A stretch of 64,000 bases of DNA from Chlorokybus atmophyticus (lineage: Eukaryota; Plantae; Mesostigma and Chlorokybus algae), in the NCBI GenBank assembly GCA_009103225.1, contig RHPI01003369.1, forward strand, positions 1,640,017 through 1,704,016. Reading direction: 5' to 3'. Both the position numbers and the translations under genes were made by a program. The notes below the pieces were generated by a model, which saw only the letters and a program-made list of their open reading frames with translations, did no database searches and was not told where the DNA came from. Positions within the stretch are counted from its first letter, which is position 1. Each line of letters starts with the position of its first letter. Below are positions 36,780-50,700 of this stretch, piece by piece.

Positions 36780-38988
36780 CTAGGATGACGAGGGCTGTCG
36801 CGTCCACTGCCTCTTAGGTCGGAATGGCTTTCTCTTCTTTGCCTCGCTCAAAAGCCCTGCATTGTACCAAATCATCACTCTTGAAAACCAGCAAAGGACT
36901 GTCGTTAACTTGCTGCAGTGAAGTATGCATACCTGGTAGTTTGCGATTGGATCCCCACTCGCACCCTCCTTCAACATCTTTGTTGGACACCAACCACTTT
37001 TTCCTGGCAGCAAAGCTGACAATGGCTCTCAAGATCAGCTCGTCTGGCACACGCTCCATTCGGTCGGGGTCCTTGAATGCCAGCTGGTGACCATTGTGGA
37101 ACAGCGTGTGCTCGATGTGGTGGTAGTACTCATACATGTCTATTGCCTCCTCTCTGGTGGGGGCGTTGGGCTTGGTGTTACACACGATCCCCGCTGCAGT
37201 TCGCAAGTCCATGGCGGCGGCTTCTTCATCTTCACAGTCAGAGATCGCCCCAGCAACCTGCCTAGGACCCAGAGTGGTCAGTGCAGTCCATTGGCGACTG
37301 TCAACACCATTGACAGTCTGCAGTGCGTTAATGACTGTCAAGAACTGCAACATGTAATGCACTTTGCGGCTGTCAAGGCGTGATCAATGGCTGCATTGGC
37401 GACTGTTCATCATGTGACAGCAGCCTAACAACAGCCCTTATTAACCTCTGTGTCTGTGCTGTGCCTGGCTGCGGGCGTATGCAGCCGGTCCTTGATGCAA
37501 CCCGGCACCGCAATGCGCTCATTGTTAGCACATGCCTCACAGGGGCAGATGCCTCCGCTGGCCAAGCACATCATGGGCCACTCCATCTCCCTGCCCTGCA
37601 TGTTGTTGTGTTTAACACAAGAAATGCTCATACACTACACCATACAGTCACAGCAGGAGCATGTGCATATCCACAGCAAGCAATGTACCTCCAGAGTACG
37701 CCCACCATGGCAGCTGCTTGTCGGCGTGCCATAGAGAAAATGCCTTTCTTTCACATGTAGTTGAACGGCAAGGTTGCCATCCTCACTTCTCATTGCCATG
37801 CAGTGGTTAACAGAGACTAGATACGTGCGCATTGGTTGGTCTGGCTCGCATACGGAATCGATGGTGGCGACGCCAACAACTATTGCGTTGTTGCAAATGT
37901 CGAACACCTGATCTTTAGCAAATCCGTTCGCACCCCTGTCGTGACACGCAGAGTAGCATTCAGAGTAGCAGGCACCATGTGTTAAGCCAGTATGCATGGA
38001 GGCAGCAGCTCAGCAAAACAGTACAATAGGACCGACAATCGACCGACAGCACCATGGTTGCTTACCTCTCTTTTAGCCAAGTGGCCCGGTACTGAGCGTT
38101 TGTGAGAGGAAGAGCGGTTAAAGGCGCAAGCATGACCACCTGCTGGTTGGCCCTCATGTCCCTCCCCAGACAAAATGTCATGCCCCAGCCAGCTCCAGCT
38201 TGAGCAGCGCGGCTGCCTTGTGCAGCTTCTCTGTCGCTGGCACGCCTTTGCTTCTTGGCCTCATTGCGTTCTTGGACGCTCTTCCCGGTACCACTGCCGC
38301 GCTTCGCGCCAACGGAGTACTGCAGCACCAGTACATGCTGCTTGATTTGTGCTGCAACACAAGCAGATAAGAGTACAGCAAAGTACCAACGGCAAGGACT
38401 GTCAACGGCAAGACAGCTCCAATACAGCATTTTCAGCTGTTGGAAGATGGCATCTAGCAGAAGACAGCCTCAAATACAGCATATCGCAACTGGTCAATGA
38501 ATCAACAAGCACAAACACAGCAACCAGGGCAAGGACTGTCAACGGCAAGACAGCTCAGCAGACAGTGAGTGAACTGAAAGCTGAACGACATGCTTGAAAG
38601 CTCACTTCAACACAGCTGAATTCAAGTTTCTGTCAAACATCAGATGTCACCAAGAAAGCAGCTCACCTTTTGTCCACGTGAGCGCGTGGTTTGCGTCAAA
38701 GACCAGTGGAAGTGACTGCTGCAAGACCGCCTCGCATACTTCGTCGAGCTCTTGCCGGTGCATGGCATTCATCTTGAAGTCCTTGCCCTTCATACCTTGA
38801 GGTAGTGGCCACTTGCTTAGCATCTCCTTCTTCAGCTTCTCCAGGTTGACCATCAGCGTAATGCGCATATGCTTGTACTCCTCCTTCATCAAGAACTGCT
38901 GGCCTGTCACCTGGCCCAGCAAATGGTTGCCCTTGGCCCTGAAGCAATCAGCTGCAGCAGGCAGTTGGCTGCCCTCCCCAATAGCCAT
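36780..38988 (-). CDS. Orphan multi-exon gene of unknown function (5' end not resolved)
   Basis: At least 5 exons join in phase with GT-AG sites: MAIGEGSQL...HALTWTK / AQIKQHVL...TWLKER / GANGFAKDQVF...GRTLE / GREMEWPMMCLASGGICPCEAC...DTE / VAGAISD...GSNRKLP. No recognisable domain. Confidence 0.55.
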
Positions 38989-39390
38989 AATGTCAGCTGA
39001 ACAGCCTGAACAAGCAACCGAACTTAGTGCACAGACAGTGACTCAGCGCACAATCAACAAGGCATGCAAGCTTCAAAGCAAAACACCTTTCAGGTAAGCG
39101 CTGACAGCTCAAGCAGCAAACCACAAACGACTAGTGCAATTTTCAAGCAACACACAACCAGGGCGCATGCAAACTCGCAAGCGAACTCACTACTCACTCA
39201 CTAGGACTGTCAAGTCCTATTGTGTTCCATATGGACAGTCGCACGAGCCGCACAAGCATTGTGATCGCCGCACAAGCCGCAATTGTGCAGTGCTAAATGC
39301 AGTGCGACACAGTCAATGGAACTCACAAAGCTTGCGACGCGGCTGTCAATCCCTAGACTCACCTTATATCTGAGGGTTGTCATTTATTGT

Positions 39391-39419
39391 CGTCGAATCG
39401 ACGCCACGTCGAATCGACG
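39391..39419. repeat. Two tandem 13-bp palindromes CGTCGA-A-TCGACG
   Basis: Copies at 39391-39403 and 39407-39419, between the two divergent island genes. Confidence 0.85.
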
Positions 39420-39639
39420 CCAAACGCACTGCTAGCAACAAATTGCGTAGAATTTACAAGGCGGCTGTCAAGGGTTAGCAGTGTTAGGGCTAGGGACTCA
39501 CCAACTTGGCGGCTGTCATTGATGGGACATCATAGATTGGACGGGAGGTTGGCGGCGTACATAGCCGTTGCATGGTCTCGCTAGTATAGTTTGCTATTGT
39601 TGTGGTTGTGGTGGTTGTGGTTGTGGTTATGGGTGTAGC

Positions 39640-40447
39640 TCAGGGCGCAGGGTGAAGCGAGGAGAGGTGTGCGGAGCTGTGAGGAGTTGTACAAGACAGT
39701 CGCTAGGAGAAGGATTGCCAGGCAGTTGGACATCATGGAACGAAGGCGGGCGTCCACAGGGGCGCCGTTTATTTGGGGCTGCCCGTTCTGCATGTGCAAT
39801 GTGCAAGCTGGTCACCGTGATGCAAGGGGTCAACCAACTGGGGGAGAGACCAAGCCCACCAAAATCGGACAGCACTTCAACACGCAGGTGTGCCGATGCG
39901 TGCGCATGACCAACAACCGGGGCGGTAGGGAGGACTAGGATGTGTGCAAGGCTATGGGGCTTCAATACCAGCAAGCCATCAAGGTAAGAACGTTCAACAA
40001 TCAAGATTGTTTACGACATGCATAGGTTGTCAATGCTCTGTGCTAAGGCGCATCGCGCATCGCATTGACAGTCGCTGCTGGGATCCTGTGCATGTCACTT
40101 GCTATGCATGATGTTGTTTTGTTCTATCAGCCTAGTTATCAACTTACATTTGCGTGACATGTCCCATTGCACGAGAAACTCACCAGCAGCGTATTGCAGA
40201 AGGATCAATTCCCGGCCCACCCTCACCCACATGTCGCGGTGCTGAAGTACTACAAAATGGCAGAAGTCATGGCCATCCCAGGATGGGTGAGTTAATGCAT
40301 TTGTACACCAATTATCGCGGCATTCTTACTTACCCAAGGTTACAGACGCAAGAAATGTGGGACGAAGCGGGACGGCTGTCAAGGCAGTATATCTTTTGGC
40401 CTCGCAATACGCAGTTGGAGGTGGAAGAGGAGCAAGCGGAGCAGGCG

Positions 40448-40483
<36 letters not shown>

Positions 40484-43400
40484 GAGCCGGAAGGAAGCGA
40501 GGAGGCAGACTCGGAGGAAACTGCAGATGTCTCAACAAGTCCATCATTGCGTAAATCCTCCGCACAGCAACGCGGCAAAGGACCTGCGGTGGATCTCAAA
40601 GAAGAGTTCCGTGCAGCTCTTCAAAAGATGCAGAGGTTTGAAGTGAAACGCTACAGTTCCACGGGCACCACACAGCCACCCAACCTGTCGGACGACATCT
40701 TGAGGGTAAGCACATGTCTTGAATTACCCCCCCCNNNNNNNNNNNNNNNNNNNNNNNNNNNNNNNNNNNNNNNNNNNNNNNNNNNNNNNNNNNNNNNNNN
40801 NNNNNNNNNNNNNNNNNNNNNNNNNNNNNNNNNNNNNNNNNNNNNNNNNNNNNNNNNNNNNNNNNNNNNNNNNNNNNNNNNNNNNNNNNNNNNNNNNNNN
40901 NNNNNNNNNNNNNNNNNNNNNNNNNNNNNNNNNNNNNNNNNNNNNNNNNNNNNNNNNNNNNNNNNNNNNNNNNNNNNNNNNNNNNNNNNNNNNNNNNNNN
41001 NNNNNNNNNNNNNNNNNNNNNNNNNNNNNNNNNNNNNNNNNNNNNNNNNNNNNNNNNNNNNNNNNNNNNNNNNNNNNNNNNNNNNNNNNNNNNNNNNNNN
41101 NNNNNNNNNNNNNNNNNNNNNNNNNNNNNNNNNNNNNNNNNNNNNNNNNNNNNNNNNNNNNNNNNNNNNNNNNNNNNNNNNNNNNNNNNNNNNNNNNNNN
41201 NNNNNNNNNNNNNNNNNNNNNNNNNNNNNNNNNNNNNNNNNNNNNNNNNNNNNNNNNNNNNNNNNNNNNNNNNNNNNNNNNNNNNNNNNNNNNNNNNNNN
41301 NNNNNNNNNNNNNNNNNNNNNNNNNNNNNNNNNNNNNNNNNNNNNNNNNNNNNNNNNNNNNNNNNNNNNNNNNNNNNNNNNNNNNNNNNNNNNNNNNNNN
41401 NNNNNNNNNNNNNNNNNNNNNNNNNNNNNNNNNNNNNNNNNNNNNNNNNNNNNNNNNNNNNNNNNNNNNNNNNNNNNNNNNNNNNNNNNNNNNNNNNNNN
41501 NNNNNNNNNNNNNNNNNNNNNNNNNNNNNNNNNNNNNNNNNNNNNNNNNNNNNNNNNNNNNNNNNNNNNNNNNNNNNNNNNNNNNNNNNNNNNNNNNNNN
41601 NNNNNNNNNNNNNNNNNNNNNNNNNNNNNNNNNNNNNNNNNNNNNNNNNNNNNNNNNNNNNNNNNNNNNNNNNNNNNNNNNNNNNTTATCGATGGCCACC
41701 CCCGCACTGGCAATGTGGCAGCTTACATCAATTCCGTACACGGGCAACAACGTGAGCCCAACGCCATGCTCTGGTCGGACTTCGATGACGCTGGCAAGCC
41801 AGCTGTCACTGTGTATGCGATCAAGGACATACAGGCAGGAGAGGAGCTACTACTGGACTATGACCCTTTCCGTGGGCCACCTGATGGGCAGACAGACAAA
41901 GTAAGTGGTTGCATTGTTGCATGCATGCTTGCTTGTTAGGCAGCTGTCAATGCCAGACTGTCAATGCAGACTGTCAATCTGTTACAGGACACTAACTGGC
42001 CTTTTGGTTGCAGACCCAACTGTGGAGAATGGAAGATGTTGCGCAGAAGTTTGTATATGGCTGGGGGCTGGCCATGGAGGACGCTATGTGGCTGGTAACG
42101 AGCAAGGCGCCAAGGGAGCCGGGCGAGAGTGCCAGGGCGTATTCCAGGCGGTTGCTCACCCGTGCTGTCAAGCTGAAGCGCACCAGATCAATGGTAAGTT
42201 ATGTATTTTTGCAAAGGCAATGCATGTACATTGACAGTCCCTTTTTATAGTCTGTTGTTGGCATGCAAATCGCCGTGCAGTTCGTGAACTGCACCACGGA
42301 TTGCATGCCAACAACCAATAGAGTATGCACGTCTGTCAACAGATAGACCCTGAAGCTCATGTTCAGCGCCAAATATCTGTTCACTTCTGTAAAGCTGTGC
42401 ATGACGCTGCCTATGAAATGAAAGAGGCAGCAAACAGACAAGTAGACGACCTCAAAGAAGTCATTAGAGACTTAGAGCTACGGATTACACAAGAGAATGT
42501 GCTCAGGGTACGTTGCCATGTAGGCCACCAAACATTCCACACAGAGCCCTAACTTGTTACCTTTGTTTGCAGGAGAAAATGGCCGCCATGTACACCAAGA
42601 CAGTCGAGGCGCACCAAGCTCAGACACTTGGCCTGGCTGCCAGAGAGAAAGCTCTTACCCGGCAGGCTGTATCGCTTGACTGCAGCAGGAGGAAAGGGAA
42701 AAGCATTGGGAGAAGAAGATAACAGCTGTTCTTCAAAAAGGCTGCAAGAAGCTCCTCTCCGAGGTGATGCAAGACGCGCTGCGTGTCATTGTCAACGAGC
42801 AGATCGAGCACGAGGAGAAGAAGGAGGAGCAGGACAAGGAGGCTGATGCAGCACGTGCATTGGAAGCCATGACGGAGCCTTCCACTGCGGCTCAGGCGGT
42901 GCCTGCTAGGCCTGAACCTGTGAACCCCATGAGTGATATAGAGATTGATTCGCATCCCCTGTGGACTTGGCTCGAGCGCGCCAACATGCGTCCACCCACC
43001 ACTGGTCCAAGGCCCATGCGGTCTGACAGGCCAAAGGACAGTCCCCCTCACAGTCCCACTCACAACCCCCATGGCCCACCGTCCCCTCCCCCTCACAATC
43101 CCCATGGCCCACCGGCACCTCCCCCTGGTACTAGTATGCCAGCTGGCACCAGTACGCAAGCCCCAGACCCTCCACGTGTTGACAGTCCCAAGCTACCGAT
43201 AACAGCAGGTCCCCCTCCCCTGACTCCACCACCGTCCAAACCGTCCAAAAAGCAGCGCTAGGACCTGCCAGCAGCCACAGAAGGAACTCCACAATCAACC
43301 ACGCCATCAACTAGTCAGTCCACCCCTACCGGAACCTTGCAGCTATCAACCTTGCAGCTATCAGGCTCTTCGTTCAGAGAACGTCTGCGAAAAGTTGTCG

Positions 43401-44532
43401 CAGGTCCGACACCATCAGCGAATACGCCAACACCAAGTACGCCACAGGGCCGGCCGCCTCTACCTCTGCATAATGTCACCCGGGACCTGACTCCCGGCGC
43501 TGAGCCCGAGGCGCTTGTGAAGATACGAGAAGCCGATAGCGTGCACGCCGCCGACCTCGACGCTGCATTGCAAGCCGTGCAAAACCTTGCATCTGCAGCA
43601 AAGGTACAGTTTATACACACATGGGCTGTCAACAAGGCTTGCAGCATACTGTTTGCGCCCGCATGGGCACAAACTGTTGACGACGACCATTGAGGACTGT
43701 GAACAGTATGTGCCCATGCGGGCGCAAACTGTTGACAGTCCTCAATGGTCGTCGACGACTGTCACAGAGTTTGATGCATGTTGACAATGCTCTGCTAGCT
43801 AGTGTGTGGACTCACTTCTTGTTTCGTCCAACGAGCGGGCACAGACCAGTCACACGGTCTTGCAAGAGTCCATGCGCAACTTCAATGAGATGCGCAAAAA
43901 GCAACTTGAACGTGCTCTCAACAATCTGGAGGAGTCGCACCGGCAGCGTAGGCTGCTGGCTGATAACTTCACCCGTGAAGACAAACTGCTGCGGCAGCAG
44001 CTGCATGAGCTGCAGCAAAGGGAGTTCGCAGCAAAATCCCTTGCTGAGGAGCTGCAGCAAAGGGAGTTGGCGGCGGTATACAATGCTGAGGAGCTGCGGC
44101 GGCAAAGGGAGTTGGCAGCAAAATCCAATGCTGAGGAGGTTGACAGTCTGCACCGGCAGTTGCTTCAGGCACAGCAGGAGGTTGCAGCATCAAACGCATC
44201 GATGACCAACATGGCGGCAGACGCAGAGAACCGTTGGCGCTCCACCGATGCGGTGCTTCACGAGTACCATCAGCGCAACGCCAGTGTTGGAACGGGTGCA
44301 GCAGCTGGAGTCCACCTCAAGTGCGGCGGCCAATGTTGGTGAAGAGCTGCACCGTACAAGGGAACAGCTACTCAAGCTGCAGCAGCAAGCGGTACAACCT
44401 GTTCCTGAGGCTGTCAACGCTGAGACTGTCAACGCACTGACAGAGAGAGCTGAGCGAGCAGAGAAGCAGTTGGAAGAGGTGCGAGCCCGCAATCGAGAGC
44501 TGGAGCAACAGTCGGGGCACGCGCAGTGTTGA
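39640..44532 (+). pseudogene. Long decayed multi-exon gene: Cys/His-rich N-terminus, acidic/polyQ, SET domain, helical region, Pro-rich region, coiled coil; truncated by the copia LTR
   Basis: After the gap: IDGHPRTGNVAAYINSVHGQQREPNAM...VTVYAIKDIQAGEELLLDY (SET C-terminal motifs GN.a.yINh..PN and I.aGEEL..dY). In-frame TAG at 39936 and 43259, frameshifts near 42680 and 44270. The frame otherwise continues through several GT-AG introns; the terminal TGA is supplied by the LTR (TGT TGA). Confidence 0.7.
40735..41685. other. Assembly gap (951 N)
   Basis: Run of N; hides the N-terminal part of the SET domain. Confidence 1.
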
Positions 44533-44966
44533 AGGACTAGCATGTACATGTAGCTGAGGCAAGCATGGATACACACGGACAGAGCTACCGCCACCAGAGC
44601 ATACACAAGTCACATCACATTCATCTATTACAAGTTGTCCGCTGGTTCTTATACCAGCCAGTTACACACACGTCTACGTTTGCAAGCACTGCGTAAGTTA
44701 TACTCAGCCCTTTGACGCGCTCTAAGCTGCGTTGTCTTCCTTACAACTAGAGCTTTCCAACGAGCTCTTACACGCCTCATATGAGTAAGTATACGCGGAG
44801 ATACGAAGCAGTTAGTAAGGCTCCTGTCTGGAGTCCGGAGTCTGGTCCGACGATGCCATCTTGCTAAGTCCGGACCTAATGCTCGTCCTTACGACCTTCT
44901 ACTCCTGTGTGGAGGGTCGATGCTGATCGTATGTAGGAATGACTCTCAACACTCCCACGCGAGCAG

Positions 44967-45689
44967 CTAGAGCCCAGGGTCTGCAGAGGATGCGGTGAAG
45001 CCAAGTGCCTCCAGCTCCTTGGTGAGCTTGATGTGCCACATACGCGGCGCCTGTCGCAGCCCGTACAGTGCCTTGATCAGCTTGCACGCTGTGCCTCTCT
45101 CCCCTTCTTCATATCCAGGTGGTTGCTCGATGAAGATCTCCTCCTCCAGCTCTCCGTAGAGGAAGGCAGTCTTTACATCCAGGTAATGTAGCTCTAGGTC
45201 TTCAGCAGCAACCATAGCTAGCAGTGCACGGAAGGTGGTATGCTTACTTGCAGGTGCAAACACTTCGTTGAAGTCCACACCTTCCTGCTGCAAGAAGCCC
45301 TTTGCCACCAGTCTTGCCTTGTAGCGCTCAATGTTGCCCTGACCATCACGCTTCACCTTGAAGACCCATTTCACTGGAATGGTCTTCACTCCTTGCGGTA
45401 ACTGCTCCAGTGACCAAGTGTTGTTGGCATGGAGTGACGCAATCTCCTCGTCCATAGCACGCTGCCATTGCTCCGCATCTGGTGCTAACAATGCCTCCTC
45501 GTAGGTGCTTGGCTCCTCATTCTGCACACTGGCGACGTGTGCCTTGTGTAAGAAGTCAGGTGCCTTTCTCTCCCTCACTGGGTATCTCCGAGCTGCGTGC
45601 TCCTGCTGTTGGTACGGCCCCTCTTGGCCTGCTACAGCTGAGTCCTGCTCACCCTTGTTGTTGATGATGGCCTTGCCTGTAGCCTCCAC
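44967..45689 (-). pseudogene. Copia reverse transcriptase, N-terminal half only
   Basis: EEPSTYEEAL...WQRAMDEEIASL...WVFKVK...YKARLVAKGF...DVKTAFLYG...LIKALYGLRQAPRMW; the YVDD motif and RNase H are absent before the PPT. Confidence 0.93.
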
Positions 45690-47845
45690 TGTTTCAAGAA
45701 GCCTGCTTCTGTTTGTGATAATCCCTCGTGGAAAACCACCTCTCTGCTCACGATGATCTTCTGAGTGTCCTCGAGCAAGATCCTGTAAGCCTTGGAACCC
45801 GGTTCATAGCCAACGAAGATGCCCTTCTTGCTGACCGGCTCCAGCTTGTGCCTGAGCTGTTTAGGCACTAGTGCATATGCCGTGCATCCAAACACACGCA
45901 TACCACTCACATCTGGTGTGGCTCCATAGAAGTGCTCCCACGGAGTCTTCTGCTCTGAGCTCACCGGAGACCTGTTGCGGATGTAGTTGGCAGTGAGTAC
46001 CGCCTCCTTCCACAAACTGTCTTCCATCTTTGTGTCGTTGAGCATGGCTCGAACACGCTCCAAGAGTGTCCTGTTGAGGCGTTCAGCTGCTCCATTCTGC
46101 TGCGGGGTGTAGGGTGCCGTTGTCTCGTGGCGTATGCCCTTGCTGGCGAAGAACTCCTTCAACTCCTTGTTGATGTACTCCCCTCCTCGGTCACTCCTCA
46201 TTGCCTTTAACTTGTTGCCAGACTGCGTCTCGAACAAGGCCACAACTGTGCGCACGGCTCCAGCAACTTCTGACTTGAGCGTCAATGGAGAGATGATTGA
46301 CAGCTTGCTGTAGTCGTCAAGGAATGTAGCAAAGTACCTGGCCCCTCCCTTCGCCACAATGCGCATAGGGCCACAGACATCCATGTGCACAAGCTCGCAA
46401 GGATGCTGACTGCTAGAAGAGGATGATGGGAATGGCATAGCATGCTGCTTTGCAACCAGGCATGGTTCACAAAGTGCACCTGATGCATTCTTGAGTTCTT
46501 CTGTGCTGAGATGGATGCCCTTGACCATCTTTTCAGCGACAAGGCGAGTGAGGTTGACGTAGCTGAAATGCCCGAACCTTCGATGCCACAATGTTGGCGA
46601 CTCCTTGTCCTTCACCACCACGGCTTGACTGTCAATGTCCTTAGGGTGCTGCTCCACGTGGTAGAGCCCTCCCGGATAAGTGATTCCAACCATGTCCACG
46701 ACCCCATCAAGGTTAAATGTGCAGCCACCCTTCCGAAATAGGATCTCCGCGCCTAAGCGCTCCGCAACCCTCACAGAGAATAGACTCGCAACAGCCTTAG
46801 GAACATGCAGGACGTTGCGTAACAACACCTCGCGTAGTGTGTTACCAACCTTGCACTGGAGTCGTACGTTGCCAACTCCCTCAGCCACCAGTACTTCGCC
46901 ACCGAAGCCCGCCACCTTGATTGTGGACGTCAGCTTCCTGTAGCCCTCCATCACCTCCTTGTTTGGTGTGAGATGACGATCGCAGCCAGAGTCCACCACC
47001 CAGAAAGCTGTGCCCGCCCTCGAACTGGATGCAGTGAAGGCGACATGTTTCTCCTTGTGTTGGTGCTCGTTGCCGCTGTTGCTGGTGCTTGCTCTAGGTT
47101 GCCCCTGTTGTTTCTTCCTACAGTCCTTCACAATGTGCCCCTTCCAACCACACCAGTGGCATGTGAGGTCTTTGTGACGAGGATTGCCTGGCTTGTTGCC
47201 CTTGTACTTCTCTTCATGGTTGCTCTTCTTTGCGTGCTTGCCGGTGTAGAAGGCGACGGCATCCGCTTGCTCGTCCTTCTTCACAACCTTCTGCTCCACG
47301 GTGAGCAGCTTCGGTAGCACATCGTCCACCGTCAACTCCGATGATGACGTCTCCAGCAGGGTTGCGACGACCTCGTACTCTGCTGGTAGCCCTGCAACAA
47401 TGGCCAGCACTACCTCCGTCTCCCCCATGTTGTGGCCGACGTTGATGAGGTCCGCCCACAGCTCTCTCGCGCGCGCAATATACTTTGTGATGGGTTCTGC
47501 TGTCTCCTGCCCGAGTGCGCTGAGCTGCTTGCGTAGATGCAACTTTCTGGCATTGTTCTTGGCTCTGAAAACGGCTGATAGCTTTTCCCAAGCTTGTCTA
47601 CCATCTTCACATGCAGTGAGCATGGGAAAGTGATGCGGTTTGCTGTTCAACACAAGCAAAGAGTGTGCTTCTGCTGAATGCTCTGACCACACAGTGTTCG
47701 CTCCTGGTGTTGGTGGTGGTGCCTTCGGATCAACGTACTTCCACACCTTCTTGTGGATGAGCAAGGCCTTCATCTCCACGCACCATGTGTTGTAGTTGTC
47801 GGTGTCCAGCTTTGCAATCTGCCCCTTGTCGTAGGTCGCCTCCAT
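45632..47845 (-). CDS. Copia gag-protease-integrase ORF
   Basis: Uninterrupted ORF from MEATYDKG through the integrase. The RT part (44967-45689) is in a different frame. Confidence 0.92.
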   Translation of the reverse strand: MEATYDKGQIAKLDTDNYNTWCVEMKALLIHKKVWKYVDPKAPPPTPGANTVWSEHSAEAHSLLVLNSKPHHFPMLTACEDGRQAWEKLSAVFRAKNNARKLHLRKQLSALGQETAEPITKYIARARELWADLINVGHNMGETEVVLAIVAGLPAEYEVVATLLETSSSELTVDDVLPKLLTVEQKVVKKDEQADAVAFYTGKHAKKSNHEEKYKGNKPGNPRHKDLTCHWCGWKGHIVKDCRKKQQGQPRASTSNSGNEHQHKEKHVAFTASSSRAGTAFWVVDSGCDRHLTPNKEVMEGYRKLTSTIKVAGFGGEVLVAEGVGNVRLQCKVGNTLREVLLRNVLHVPKAVASLFSVRVAERLGAEILFRKGGCTFNLDGVVDMVGITYPGGLYHVEQHPKDIDSQAVVVKDKESPTLWHRRFGHFSYVNLTRLVAEKMVKGIHLSTEELKNASGALCEPCLVAKQHAMPFPSSSSSSQHPCELVHMDVCGPMRIVAKGGARYFATFLDDYSKLSIISPLTLKSEVAGAVRTVVALFETQSGNKLKAMRSDRGGEYINKELKEFFASKGIRHETTAPYTPQQNGAAERLNRTLLERVRAMLNDTKMEDSLWKEAVLTANYIRNRSPVSSEQKTPWEHFYGATPDVSGMRVFGCTAYALVPKQLRHKLEPVSKKGIFVGYEPGSKAYRILLEDTQKIIVSREVVFHEGLSQTEAGFLKQWRLQARPSSTTRVSRTQL

Positions 47846-48643
47846 CTTGTCGCTCCTGCCTTCCTTGCAGTTGACACCCAAGGCTCTGCTACTAACAAGC
47901 TACCGTAGTGTAGAACTACTAATGCACACAAGCTAGTCTCACACTCTTCAAGCGTAGTGTGGGCCCATAACCTGTTGAAGGACTAGCATGCACATGTAGC
48001 TGAGGCAAGCATAGACAGACAGAGCTACCGCCACCAAAGCATACACAAGTCACATCACATTCATCTATTACAAGTTGTCCGCTGGTTCTTATACCAGCCA
48101 TTCACACACACGTCTACGTTTGCAAGCACTGCGTAAGCTATACTCAGCCCTTTGACGCGCTCTAAGCTGCGTTGTCTTCCTTACAACCAAAGCTTTTCAA
48201 CAAGCTCTTACACGCCTCATATGAGTAAGTATACGCGGAGATACCAAGCAGTTAGTAAGGCTCTAGTCTGGAGTCCGGAGTCTGGTCCGACGATGCCATC
48301 TTGATAAGTCCGGACTCAGTGCTCGTCCTTACGACCTTCTACTCCTGTGTGGAGGGTCGATGCTGATCGTATGTAGGAATGACTCTCAACAGATCCTGGG
48401 GTACATCTAAACCTTCTTGGTGTACATAATCTTTGTATAGTACAAGCGTGTTAATGCTTAAGATGAACATCAGTGTTTTTATGCCTTCTTTCAGTAATGA
48501 CCACTCACAACAAGCACAAATGAGCACATGAGCACAATTAACAGCCGCATGGACTGTAAGTGACACGTATTGCCTTGTTGCAGGCTGTCAACCACTCACA
48601 ACATGAAACCACACATGAGCACAATTGACAGCCGCAACGACAG

Positions 48644-50700
<2,057 letters not shown>

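Larger units (their letters stand above)
44527..48391 (-). mobile_element. Ty1/copia LTR retrotransposon, internally deleted (C-terminal RT and RNase H missing)
   Basis: LTRs 44527-44951 and 47973-48391 (TGTTGA...TCAACA); PBS GGTTATGGGCCC (47961-47972); PPT GCGTGGGAG (44952-44960). Gag CHWCGWKGHIVKDC, protease WVVDSGC, pre-integrase LWHRRFGH, integrase LVHMDVCGP, RT YKARLVAKGF and LDVKTAFLYG; the RT ends abruptly at SADPGL*. Confidence 0.98.

Noticed and set aside
40154-41939. Long ORFs of 329-533 aa in the ORF track
   Set aside because: Their lengths are artefacts of translating through the N gap.
45632-45760. Programmed frameshift between copia integrase and RT
   Set aside because: Copia pol is normally one frame, no slippery heptamer is evident, and the RT is deleted anyway. 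An indel mutation or sequencing error is more likely.
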